Source: Camelus ferus (Eukaryota). Taken from it: a stretch of 64,000 nt of DNA. The stretch lies in NCBI RefSeq assembly GCF_009834535.1, contig NC_045697.1:45696001-45760000 (forward strand), given 5' to 3'. Of this stretch, positions 36,480 through 47,812 are shown in pieces. Every line of letters starts with the position of its first letter. The first letter of the stretch is position 1. The position numbers and the translations under genes are program-made. Under the pieces are notes generated by a model that saw only the letters and a list, made by a program, of their open reading frames with translations, was not told where the DNA came from and did not search any database.

Positions 36480-36965
36480 TGTAACAGATCTTCAGTGCTC
36501 CACCTATATCTCCCTATATCCTTTTGCCATTCTTTTTGGTGTACTTTCATTTTCAGCAGCCAACACCTGTGCCTAGATCAAAAGGCTGTCTTTAGATTGC
36601 AGAAACCTAGTTTACTGTGTACCCAGAGAACCAGAAGTTCCTGGAAATGTATGTACCTTATAGGCAGCCCATAACCAATGAGTTGCAGGGGCAAAAGTCT
36701 AGGTTTCCAAGCTTCTCTATCCCTGATCCAGACATCTCTGACCTCAAGCTACACTCTGTCCAGAGCTGACCTGTGAGATTGGGCAAGTACCCATCCTGGG
36801 AACTTTGCTTTATATTGTACATATCTTGCTTGGCCTCCAACCATCCCTACCCAACTCTCACAGTCCCCTACCATTTTTTCCTTTGGAATTTTATTAGGAA
36901 CAATAAAGTCACATTATCATAAACACTTATCTCAGATTTTGCTTCTGAGGGACACAATCTAAGAC
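36480..36965 (+). mobile_element. ERVL solo LTR (LTR16A-like)
   Basis: tgtaacagat...gtgctccacctatatctccc...ggcagcccataaccaatga...aataaagtcac...tatctcagattttgcttctgagggacacaatctaagaca. Confidence 0.8.
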
Positions 36966-38074
36966 ATTTTCAAACATGAAAATGAACAAACTATTGCTAT
37001 ACCCAACAAGAAGAATGAATCCCACAACAATAATACTAAGCAAAATAAGCCAAACACAGAAGATTACACTGAATGGCTTATTTATATAAAGTTCAATACC
37101 AGGAAAAACTAATCTATATAGTTCTAAGTCAGGATATTGGTTTGCTTTGAGGAGGAGGATTAAAAAGAGTAATACATCAATCATCCAAGAGGTAAAGGAG
37201 TGCTTCTGGGATGCTGGCAGTGTTTTATTTCTTGATGTTGGTGATATTTATGTGGGTGTGTTCACTCTGTGATAATACCTTGAGACATGGTTTGTGATTT
37301 GTTTAAACAAAGATTTTAAAAATTAACTACTACATATTTAACTATCATAATGTTGTAGCATGATCAAAGTTATCCATAAATCATCTACTTTCTAATTATA
37401 CTACAGCAGAAATAAATTTCAAATTAAAAAATATAATGAATTACTTAATACATGACCAAGAAATTGGATCATATTTTAATCTTAACTAATTGTTCAAATC
37501 AAAATAATAAGATGGATGCACATATAATCTCTGTGATATAAAAGACCAATTTTAGGCAATAGTGTAAATTTAAACATACTTATTTGCTAGCCTGTTATTC
37601 TGCCTAAAATTAACAACACTCTTAGACAGTTCTTAATGTCAACTTCAATTGCACTAAGAATATTTTGGTAGTTTAACAGAACTGAGAGGCAGATAATAAT
37701 TTAGATACAGAAGAAAGTATAGATGTTGGAGAACCAGGTCCTAGAGATAATGAGCTTTCAAAAGTGTTTAGAGTTGCCTGGTTCCCCTGGACCAAAAGTA
37801 ATAAAGGGGAACTGAAGACAATTTCCAGCTAATTAATAATTTTGGTTATTTATCACCATTATCATTATCATTCTTGTCCTAATCTGCAACTTTGTCGTAA
37901 GTAAGTACTTCATACCCTTAAGTAAGACTCCATAAATCAGTTTGTATTATTTTAAAAACCTATTAGATTTCATCTATTGAGATTTTTTTCTCATTTAAAA
38001 ATGTTCAAATGGCTTTTTTCTCCCTAATGACAGATGCATTTCTTGAAGCTGCTCTTGGTATCGAACTTTACAGA

Positions 38075-38427
38075 AACGCTGTCTATAATACCACAGATGG
38101 GGCAGCTTATAAACAACACAAGTTTATTTCTCACAGTTCTGGAGGCTGGGAAGATCAAGATCAACAGATTCAGTGTCTGGTGAGAATCTGCTTTCTGGTT
38201 CACAAATGGCTGTCTTCTCACTATGCCCTCAGGTGTTGGAAGGGAGAAAGGAGCTCTCCGGTCTCTTTTATAAGAGCGTTAATCTTTTTCATGAAGTTTT
38301 TGTGTTCAGGAACTAATCACCTCCCAAAGGCCCCATCTTACTTCCAAATACCATCACACTGAGAATTAGGTTTCAACATATGAATTTGGGGTGGGGAGGG
38401 GAGACACAAGAATTCAGTCTATAGCAG
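38075..38427 (-). mobile_element. MaLR LTR (MLT1A0-like)
   Basis: gcttataaacaacacaagtttatttctcacagttctggaggctgggaag...aatcacctcccaaaggcccc...ttaggtttcaacatatgaatttgggg...attcagtctatagca. Confidence 0.92.
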
Positions 38428-39184
38428 ACATATTAAATTAATATGTAGAAACATAACAATAATTAAATTGCAAATAGAATGCTTCATCTCTTCAATATAG
38501 AAATAGTTGCAGACAATAGAAATTTAGAATGAACTTAAACCAGTCTGATTATGTTTTACAAAAATATAACATTATTCCCTTTCAAAAGAAGATTTAACAA
38601 AAGAAGGCAAGTCAAATTAGAATGTCTGCATACCTTTACAATTTTTCACTTTTTGGTTTACAATTTGGTTAATTTTTAAAAACTTAAACATAATAAAAAT
38701 GGGCTTTTTTTCCTTTTAAACTAAGTATACCCAACTCTTTTGCATTTCAAGTTCTTATTCTAGAGTGATAGCAGAGAGGTATAACTACAGGGAAATGTAT
38801 TAGGCACATGTACTTGGAAGTAATTTTGGGAACAAGCCATGTATATGCTTATAACTAAAATAATCTTTAATATAGAATATTTCTTTGAATTGAATGTTAA
38901 TGCAGAAGGCTTGGCATATTTTAACATTCCTCCTGCATAAACCCCAGCTAAGGACATTATACTGTTTGCTTCCTGAAAAACTAACCCTATTCAGACATAT
39001 GACATTATATTCAATAAATTAAATATTGATTAAAAATGCCCAGAGCCCTAAAATTCAAACCTGTCATTATGTGATGATATGAAATTTAAGAATATATATT
39101 TCTTCTACCATAAATCTATCCCAAATTTCTTTGGCTGGAATTAATTGTTCTACTCTTTTTGTATTCTAACTTGCTCAAAATTTT

Positions 39185-39565
39185 ATTATAGAATTTTGAA
39201 TTGAGCTCCTCCAAAATTAATGTCCTAACCCTCAGAATGTGATTGTATTTGGAAACTGGGCTTTTAAAGAGTTAATTAAGGTAAAATGAAGTCTTGTGGG
39301 TGGGCCCTCATCCGATATAATGGTGGTGTCCTTATAAGGAGAGGCAATTATGACAGAGAGAGACACAGAGGGAAGACCACGTGAAGACATCAGAGGAAGA
39401 AGGCCATCTACAAGCCAAGTTCAAGAGAGGCCTTAGAAGAAATCAACTCTGCCGACACCTTGATCTTGTATGTTTAGACTCCAGACAGCGAAAAAAGAAA
39501 TTTCTGCTGTTTGAAGCCACCCAGTGTGTGGTCCTTTGTTATGGCAGCCTCAGCAAACTAACATA
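39185..39565 (+). mobile_element. MaLR LTR (MLT1A/B-like)
   Basis: gtcctaaccctcagaatgtgattgtatttgga...ggtgtccttataagg...gaaggccatctacaagccaag...aagccacccagtgtgtggtcctttgttatggcagcc. Confidence 0.92.
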
Positions 39566-40896
39566 GAACATAATTGTACTCCTTAGCTAGAGATCATGGT
39601 GCAACTATTTTAGACATTGTAGATGGGGATCTCATCCTTTCCCTCTTGTTCTCCTTCCTCTTCCTGTCTTTGCTTTGTCTTCTTGCCCTTCCTTCTCTTC
39701 TTCTACTCCTTCATGGTATCTCTCACAGTCCCTGCTTATTTGTCAGTAAAGTTTCAATAAATAAAAATTTGTGAACAGCAACCCTGATATTTAGAGAAGG
39801 CAGAGTAGAGAAAATAATGGAAACACTTTAGGAAAAATGAAAGTAATAATGTTAACCTGAAATTTTCAATGACTAAATTTAAAAAGATGGGAAAATTGGG
39901 AAGACAATTCTCTCTCTTTTGAACAAAGCTCCTCTCTTCCTTCAGTGTTCTCTACTCTGAAGGCATGCTACTGGACAGACTCTGTGTTTGGAAATTTATC
40001 ATGCTGCCTGAAATCCAAGTTTTCCTTTTCCTTCCTCCTGCTTTCTCAGGCCTTTATTATAAGTTGACAAATAAAAGATGAACCAAACTCCTGAAACTCT
40101 GAACATGGTATTAACTTGCAACATTCTTGATGATTTTGTCTTTCTTAAGGAATAGTTTAAGCAGAGCCTCCCATAATCCAAAGCACGTTTTGTTTGCGAC
40201 GCCTTCACAACATGATGAAACCATGATATTGCGAAAGTAGCTCACACATGGGCTGCAGCTTTCACCATGACTTAAATCAAACACAAAGTCTGTTCTGCAA
40301 ATTACACTAATGGTTCCAAGCCCATAAGATAAGAAAGAAAGAGCATAATTAGTGACCACTGTGTTTTCTTATCTGATAGACAGGTTTACTTTCACTGATG
40401 TTAAAAAATTACAGCTGAGTTCCAAAATCATAAAGCCACAAGTGGATCCCTATTATACAAGCTTCATGATTCTTATTCACAGATTTCATTGTGACCATCC
40501 ATGTAATGATCTTGATAATGACAATATTCCATATGTAAACCCAGCAATTGTAAGAAAGTACACCAGAACATTACAAAGTCTAAAAATGACTTGAGAATTA
40601 AGAGTAGAATCCTCTTCCCATTTGAGTATGAAGAGCACTCAGCAATGATCTAGATACATCAAGTATATTATAAATACTTTAAAGTGATAGCCTTTATTTT
40701 TTAAAATATTACTATTTTCCAATGTGATTCTGTAAGGGGGATAGAGAGAATTTTCACTATAATGCCATTTTATACAGTTTAAATGATTTATCATGTGTTT
40801 GTATAACCTATTCATACAATATTAGAAATTTTACGTTAGAAAAAATAAGTATTCTTTAGGTTCTAATTTCTAGGTTACAGAAAATACAGAGGCTAG

Positions 40897-41100
40897 AGTA
40901 GCACTCTCAAAACAAATGAAATGTTGCCACATACATAATTTAAAATTTTCTAATAACCCATTTTAAAAACTAAAATGAAATAATAAAATTAATTGTAGTA
41001 GTTAATACATTTTATTTAACCCAACATACCTAAAATACTACCATTTCATGTAAACAATAAAAACAATTAATAATAATAAATTGTTAATGAGATAATAAAA
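40897..41100 (+). mobile_element. hAT-Charlie MITE fragment (MER33-like)
   Basis: gccacatacataatttaaaattttctaata...ttttatttaacccaacatacctaaaatactaccatttca...ttaatgagata. Confidence 0.65.
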
Positions 41101-41209
41101 AAAGAAAAAATAAGTATTGTCATGTGTCATATTTTAAAATATATTTTATAGTATAAGCATGATTTACAATGAAAAGTTTATCTTCTAAACTTTACTTTAG
41201 TAATTGCTA

Positions 41210-41420
41210 AGATTTATTAATTGCTTACCAAGTACCAGGTACTTTGATAAGCACTTTCTTTTTTAATTCTCATAACAGCCCTATAAGATAAGATTTTGTT
41301 TATCGCTATGTTTTACACAAGAAAACCAAAACAAGTAGCTTCAACAGCTCTTATGTGGTGCAAGGAAGATGCAAAACCAGGTTGAAGATTCTAAAGCCTT
41401 ATATCTCATACTCGGCACTG
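41210..41420 (-). mobile_element. MIR
   Basis: atttattaattgcttaccaagtaccaggtact...taagcacttt...ttaattctcataacagccctataagata. Confidence 0.75.
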
Positions 41421-42059
41421 CCTTCTAGGTGTTGAACACCATGTAGCTTTGTAATTCATAATTCCCTAACTATTCAATAAATTGTTTAAATAAATTGTTT
41501 TAAAATAAATAGATGACTGTTCTCTTTCCATTTTGTGACATGTAAATAGCTCTCCAGCATAAAATATGCCTGCATAAATGTTTCCTATTAAATAGTGAAT
41601 GTGAAATGATTAAAGAGAAAAAAATCTTATTCTCCAGAAGAGGATAAAGTTAAGAGAGTTGTTAGGAAGTAGTAGGGTACTACTGTATTATATATATGGT
41701 CAGAAGTTTATTTCTAATATTAGACCCCAAATTTTTACCAAAAAGAAATAAACAACCCCATCCATTGTTGCAGTGTGGCAGAAAATACACAGGCTGAACA
41801 CATGGACAAGTGATCAGAATGTACATTCTTCCAAGAGGGCAAAGCCAATCCCGGTCCTACAAGCAAATGGTGGCAGAGCATAGTGATGAGAAGAGATTGC
41901 CCTAGGGGTATAACAGATAAAGATACTGTATTAAAATGAATTTGAGCAAATTCATAAATAGCATTGGTGATAAATACCTAAAAGAAAAGTGATACTCCAG
42001 TGTAAATAAGTATGTGGAAAAGAATACCATCATACATTCTATAAGTTCAAAAAAAATAT

Positions 42060-42965
42060 CCTAAACTGCTACTAGGTGTCAAAAAGAAAAACAGTATGTT
42101 TTCATGGAGTTTACAATCTAGTAGGGAAGACAGACACTCATCGAGGAGAGTGAAAAAAGAAGAGGTTGAATAAGTCAGCAAGACTAAATCATGCCAGATT
42201 GTTTAAGCTACTTTAAGGGATAAAGGGACTTTTATTACCCAGAAGGCATGGGAAATCATTGAAAGAGGTTAAGGAAGGGAATGACAAGTTAATATTTGCA
42301 TTATAAACTGATAACTCGTCAATGTGAAGAAGGGATTGGGGCTGCAGGGTAAAGGTAAGGGCACTAATTAGAGCTGTTGGTATAATCCATGTATGACTTG
42401 ATAGTGGCTTAAAAACAGAAATCTTTACTGAACAGAAGGCAGGATTAGGTGACAATACATAATGGATGAAAAAGAAAAGGTGGATATAAAGGATGATTTG
42501 CTAGAACCCAGACTAAATGATACATGGTGTTAAGATTTACCTAGCAAGAGAACACTGGAGAGTTGTGGAAAGTTCATGGGTTCATTTTTGGACATACTTG
42601 ATTTCAAGCATCTGTAAGACATCCAGGTAGAGATATTACTTAGTTGGGGCAATAAATCAGGAATTCAGAAAAGATATTTGATCTGAAGATATAAATATGT
42701 AAATTATCAGCGTATAGCCATGAATACAGAGAAGAATACCTAACAGGGAATAAACAGTGAGAAAAGAAGAAAGTCTAGGAGTGAGAGCACTATGAATTTC
42801 ACCATTTTAAGTTAGATTATTGTAGCAGTTGGCAAAAGAGACATGACAAGAAAATCAGATAATTACTATGCCAAGGTAAAGAAAGGAAATGCTAACTGAG
42901 TAAACTAGCACATAGTCAACTGTGCAGAATGCTACCAAGACACTATAGAAGATGAGAATGTAAAT
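42060..42965 (-). mobile_element. L2 LINE fragment
   Basis: tcatggagtttacaatctagtagggaagacagac; atgggaaatcattgaaagaggttaag; gttcatttttggacat...gacatccaggtagagat; gaagatataaat...tcagcgtatag. Confidence 0.85.
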
Positions 42966-43079
42966 AACACAGAAAAGAAGCCATAGCCAGAATTATTTTT
43001 ATTGTCCATGGCTGCCCACAAAAACTTCAGGAAAAGGAAGTCAAAATTTGCTTCAGAACTCTGCTATATAACTATCTTA

Positions 43080-43607
43080 TATATGACTAAAATCTCATAA
43101 AGAAGATGACTAACAAATTGGACTACATTCATATTGGGAGTGTCTGTTCACTGTGACACCATTAAGGAAATGTAAAGGCAAGCTATAGAGCAAAAAAATC
43201 ATGTTTACAAACCATATAATGGACAGAATGCTCAAATACAAAGTATATAAAAAACACAAATCAACAAGTAAAAGACAAACTAATAAAAAAAGGAATTGCT
43301 TCACAGCCTCACAAAGGAGATAGCCAAGAAGCCAATAAACATATGATAAAATTGTCAACTCCATTAGAAATCAGGAAAATGCACATTATTACTACAGTGT
43401 GGTACTTCTACAAAGTCATCAGAATGGCTAAAAAAGACGTCAACAATCCTAAGTTTTGGTAAAGTTGTAGAACCATTGGAAATCTTACGCATTTCCAGTG
43501 GGCACATAACCTGTTAAATCTACTATGGACAACTCATAATATTTTCTACTAAATGTGGACCTAAAAACAACAACATATGGCCCAACAATTCTACTGCTAA
43601 TTCATGA

Positions 43608-43638
<31 letters not shown>

Positions 43639-43715
43639 CTTATAGCAATGTAGGCACAGGGCCACCATAGAAGAATGTTCAGAACAGCATTGTTCATGAT
43701 TGCCCAAACTGGAAA
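43080..43715 (+). mobile_element. Ancient L1ME ORF2 3' fragment
   Basis: aaattggactacatt...gacaccattaagg...gccaataaacatatga...catcagaatggctaaaa...aagaatgttcagaacagcattgttcatgattgcccaaactggaaac. Confidence 0.85.
43608..43637. repeat. (AT)n directly followed by a T run
   Basis: An atatatat... run followed by about 15 T, read directly. Confidence 0.9.
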
Positions 43716-46700
43716 CGATTCAAGAACCTGGTGTTTGTTTCTTGTATCTCCTATTGACCTTAAGAAGAGGTCTCTCACAAAATTCTGCCCAATTTTAAAT
43801 CATATTTCATCTCTCATATACATCACATCAAATTCAATGAAATTAAGGGATTCCCCTATCATATCAGAAAAACTTTAATGAAGTTATAATTTGTGTCAGA
43901 GTGGAACAGGCATCTGTTCAGGAAGATGCACATAGAAAGAATATCATCACTGGTTGGCTCATAGCTGCCTTTTGCTATCACAAGACAAATTACAGGACTG
44001 GAACCTGTGAAAACCTGGAAAGTGTCATTATGATAGTGAAGCAAGGAGACACAGACAAAAAGAAAGAGAAAGAATGTGACAGGCAACAATCTTTGCTTGG
44101 AATATTGGTATTTTAGAAATCCTGATAAGTGTCAGTTAAATTCCAGCAACTCTATTCGATGTGATAAATCTTAATGTGATAAATATGTACCTACTAACTG
44201 CTGAGTACTAAAGGACAGCTCCCTTAAGCCATTGCAAATCCCAATGAGCAGATTAAAAAGCCCTTAGCTAACAACTACATAGCTATGAAGGCATACCACT
44301 GTGTAGTTAAGTACCTACAGTCTTGGCTCACTCTTTTTTTTTTTTTCCTTAAGTGACTGCTCCTTGTCAAAGTAATTTGATTAGTAGTGAAATCACAGAC
44401 TCTGACTGTTTAGAACTATTGCCTTGGCAATGTATGCACACGAAGGCTGCTTTAGGGAAACAGAACTGGATGTTTGGAATATTGTCCATAGATAGTCATG
44501 GCATCTGGAGTGTAAACAGAAAATGGACTCATCTGTAAGCCACTTGGGCTCTAAACACAAGGTTGCCATTTGTTTGCTCACTGATTAATCCCACTGAGGC
44601 TTTCTAGTTCCACTGTGCACCTCATAAAAAAAATCAAAGAAAGCTTGGATCCAAGAATATTTCTCTTTTGTGTGCATGGATCCATTATGACCTATTTTTC
44701 CACCTTTGCAAAATGTGTTCAGAAATACCGGCTATATTAAGAGCCTCTAATTCATTAATTTTAGTGCTGTTTTGTTTTTATGAAGCAGTAAACAATGAGA
44801 CCACCAAGTAAGCCTGCATTTCCCATGATTATAACTATAATTATTATCTAGAAATATGTTGTTAGGCCGTTGACTGTGCTACCTTGGGAAGAGCACATTC
44901 CTTTAACAGAGACTATAATACTTACTTTATATGGCATTTTACAATTTTCTAAGTGTTTTCACTTGGAGCTTATACTAGACTCAATTAATTTGCACAATGA
45001 CATTACTTATATTTAAAACAATTCTAACTTATAGATGGTCGCAACATGAAAATGTTTGCTCAAAATAACAGAGATTTAAAGTAACAAACCTACCTAGACC
45101 TTAGGATTCTGGTCAAAATACCTTTTTCTCCAGGTTCAATTTTTATTTTATACTTAATAGTAGTTCTTTAAATGTGCCAAACTGCATTCTTTAGACTTCA
45201 GTTATATAATCAACTCTTTAGGATATAATAAGCATCACCTTAGCATCATTTGATTATTCAGTTTATTAATTGCATATCTTCTTTGTTATTTTTGGCTCCT
45301 CTTGTTCTATCTGTGAAAACTCTTCCACTCAAAAATGGCAACCCTAGTCCCTAGAGTTTGAAAAGAATTATTTTGTTCATCATCTATCATAGTCTACTCA
45401 CAAATTCCATTAATTGTTGATTTGACATATTTCTGCCAGTTGTTTCAATTTATTTCTGAGTCCATTTTAGACTTTGGTGTCTGGAATTGATGTGAAAACT
45501 GTTACATCCTTTTGCTTAAAATAAAATTTGATTAAATTTTATAAAATCAGAATCACTATCAAGCTAGTATTTACATTTATTGAAAGATTAAAGAGACATA
45601 GAGTAAGTTGTTTTGTAAATAGCCTAGTTATATACTTCATATATGTTAAATTTTAAAGTTTCTTCCATACCTGATATATTCTTAAACTTTACTTAGTAAA
45701 ACCTTAAAGAGCATCTTAGTCATAATATACATGTATAAACAACTTCTATATATTACTTGGAGCAATACATTTATACTCTTACTGGTTGTATTATTTCTTT
45801 TCCTCTCACAATAAATATTTATTCCCATTTGAATTTTTAGATCATTACTCTGTTTTTTATATTTACAGTCTAAAAAAAATTGGTTTAAAGTAAAACAAAA
45901 TAAGTCCTCTTTATATTTGGATCTACTTTACAAATATATGGAACCTATTTCAACGGAAATGTTGTCTAGTAAATCAAACTACTCAAGTTCTTTTTTGAGA
46001 CTATTACAATTCTATTACAATAATGGAGGACAGATTAGTTAAACTATGAAATAAAGACAATCAAATATCCAGCTGACTCAGGTGAAAGTTTTCAATCTCT
46101 TTTATATTACAGAACATGAAATTCTATCTGCGAATATTTCCATGGTCTCTCTGACATATACCAGTGCTGCCGTCTCTTTTTCCCCTATATCTTTCCCTGC
46201 TTCTCCATGTCAGTAGACTTAAAACCATCTTCCACCTGCTTCAGATAAACTTAAAATTGTCCTATAAATAGAGATTTCTTCCAAAACCAAATTAAATAGA
46301 AAGCAGAAAGAAAAAAGTAGAGAACATTAAATTTCCTTTGGGATCCCTGCCTAATTCTTCTTGGGCTCAGAGCCCAATTTCCACTGAGCCCATTCTGGTT
46401 TCTTTAAAGCCATGAATGCAAAGGCCAGTACTTATTATCATGATCGTTCAGTCCTACCCGGCTTGTCATATTCTGAAGACCATTTCCTAGTTTCTAGTTT
46501 GTTTTCCTAATGGCCCTATTTGTACACACAAGCTTTGAATGGGGCTTGAGGGGATGACTTCTAACAGGCTAACTGAGAAATGCATTACAAGTGAGACTAT
46601 ATACTACCTTTTCCTATTTTCACTATCTACTGGAGTAGAAGTCTGTAAAAACTGCTGTTTTTATCTGTTCCAATACTAGATTATTTTCACTACAGAATTA

Positions 46701-47084
46701 ACTATTGTTTGACTCGGAATGTAATTTTAATCATTAGTTACTGAAGGGTGATTAGAGACTAAAGAGCTGACCCATCTCTGCTCCTGAAGGAAGTCACATC
46801 AACCCGATTGATACCAACCTCTAAATCTGATGAATGACAAACTTATAGCACTCTAAAAGCTGCATAGATTTTTTTCACTCAGAGAAAGAGCTACCAAGTC
46901 AATCTAGTAAAACCAAGTTCAAACATGTTACTTCCTTCAGAAAAATAGTATTTCCAAATTAAATATTTTTACAAATTAAGTAGACATTTCTCAAACCACT
47001 CATTTCTAATAGATTCTTATAAAGCCCTATCCTGTGCCCAGAACTTTATATGTAGTATCTAATAATATTTTTAGGGCTACTACT

Positions 47085-47260
47085 TATTAATAACTTGCTA
47101 TGTCAGGGAACTGTATCAGGAACTTTTAGGATACTTCACTTGTTTTAATCCTTAGAACACCCTCTGAAGTGGAAGGTGGCCCTTTAGATTAATTTATTTG
47201 CCTAAGCACAAAAATCTAATGAGTGCTTGAACCAAGACTCAAGCATAGGTCCTTTCTGTC
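47085..47260 (-). mobile_element. MIR fragment
   Basis: ttattaataacttgctatgtcagggaactgt...tttaatccttagaacacctctgaagtgg...atttgcctaag. Confidence 0.6.
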
Positions 47261-47429
47261 TGTTGTCATATTCTCAATTTTTTACTTGCAGAAAAGCCCT
47301 CAGTCTTAAATTGCACGTACCTTAGGCTCTTCACACCACAATTACCTCAAGTCGGTTGGGATTGATAGCCAGCAGATTCTAGGAAACTGAGATAGAGTTT
47401 GAATTCCTTGGGAATTCTGTTAGCTCAAG

Positions 47430-47812
47430 ACACACATCAGGCAAATAAATGAAAGCACATCAGATAAATCCCTACTGAGGAATGTTCTGAGCAGTACTCA
47501 AAACTATCAAGTCTTCAAAACAGAGAAGCCAATAGGAGCCTAAGGAAACATAATGACTAAATATAATGATGTAATGCAATATCCTGGATGAGATACTGGA
47601 AGAGAAAAAGGGCCTTAGGTAAAAACTAAGGAAATCTGAAAAAAGTAAGGACTTGAGTTAATAATAGTGAATTAACATTGGTTCATTAATTCTGACAAAT
47701 GTTTCATAATGATGTAAGACAATAATAGTATAAACTGAGTGTGTGGTATATGGGATCATAAATGTTCTCTAAATCTAAATCTATTCTAAAATAAAAAGTT
47801 TATTAAAAAGGA
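47430..47812 (+). mobile_element. Old L1 3' end (L1MD-like)
   Basis: ggagcctaaggaaacat...atcctggatgagatactggaa...ttaggtaaaaactaaggaaatctgaa...attggttcattaatt...ctaaaataaaaagtttatt. Confidence 0.88.

Larger units (their letters stand above)
32690..37320 (+). mobile_element. Ancient L1ME ORF2 plus 3' end, carrying four nested insertions
   Basis: ORF2 remnants (tttaccaattacttaaggaagaaataat; ggaacaaaatatagatgtccacta; ORF 34306 KDSCFNKW); 3' end tttatataaagttcaa...aaaactaatctata...ttctgggatgctggcagtgttttatttcttgat. Confidence 0.85.

Noticed and set aside
41895..42062. Possible MER53-like hAT remnant
   Set aside because: Similarity too weak to call by eye
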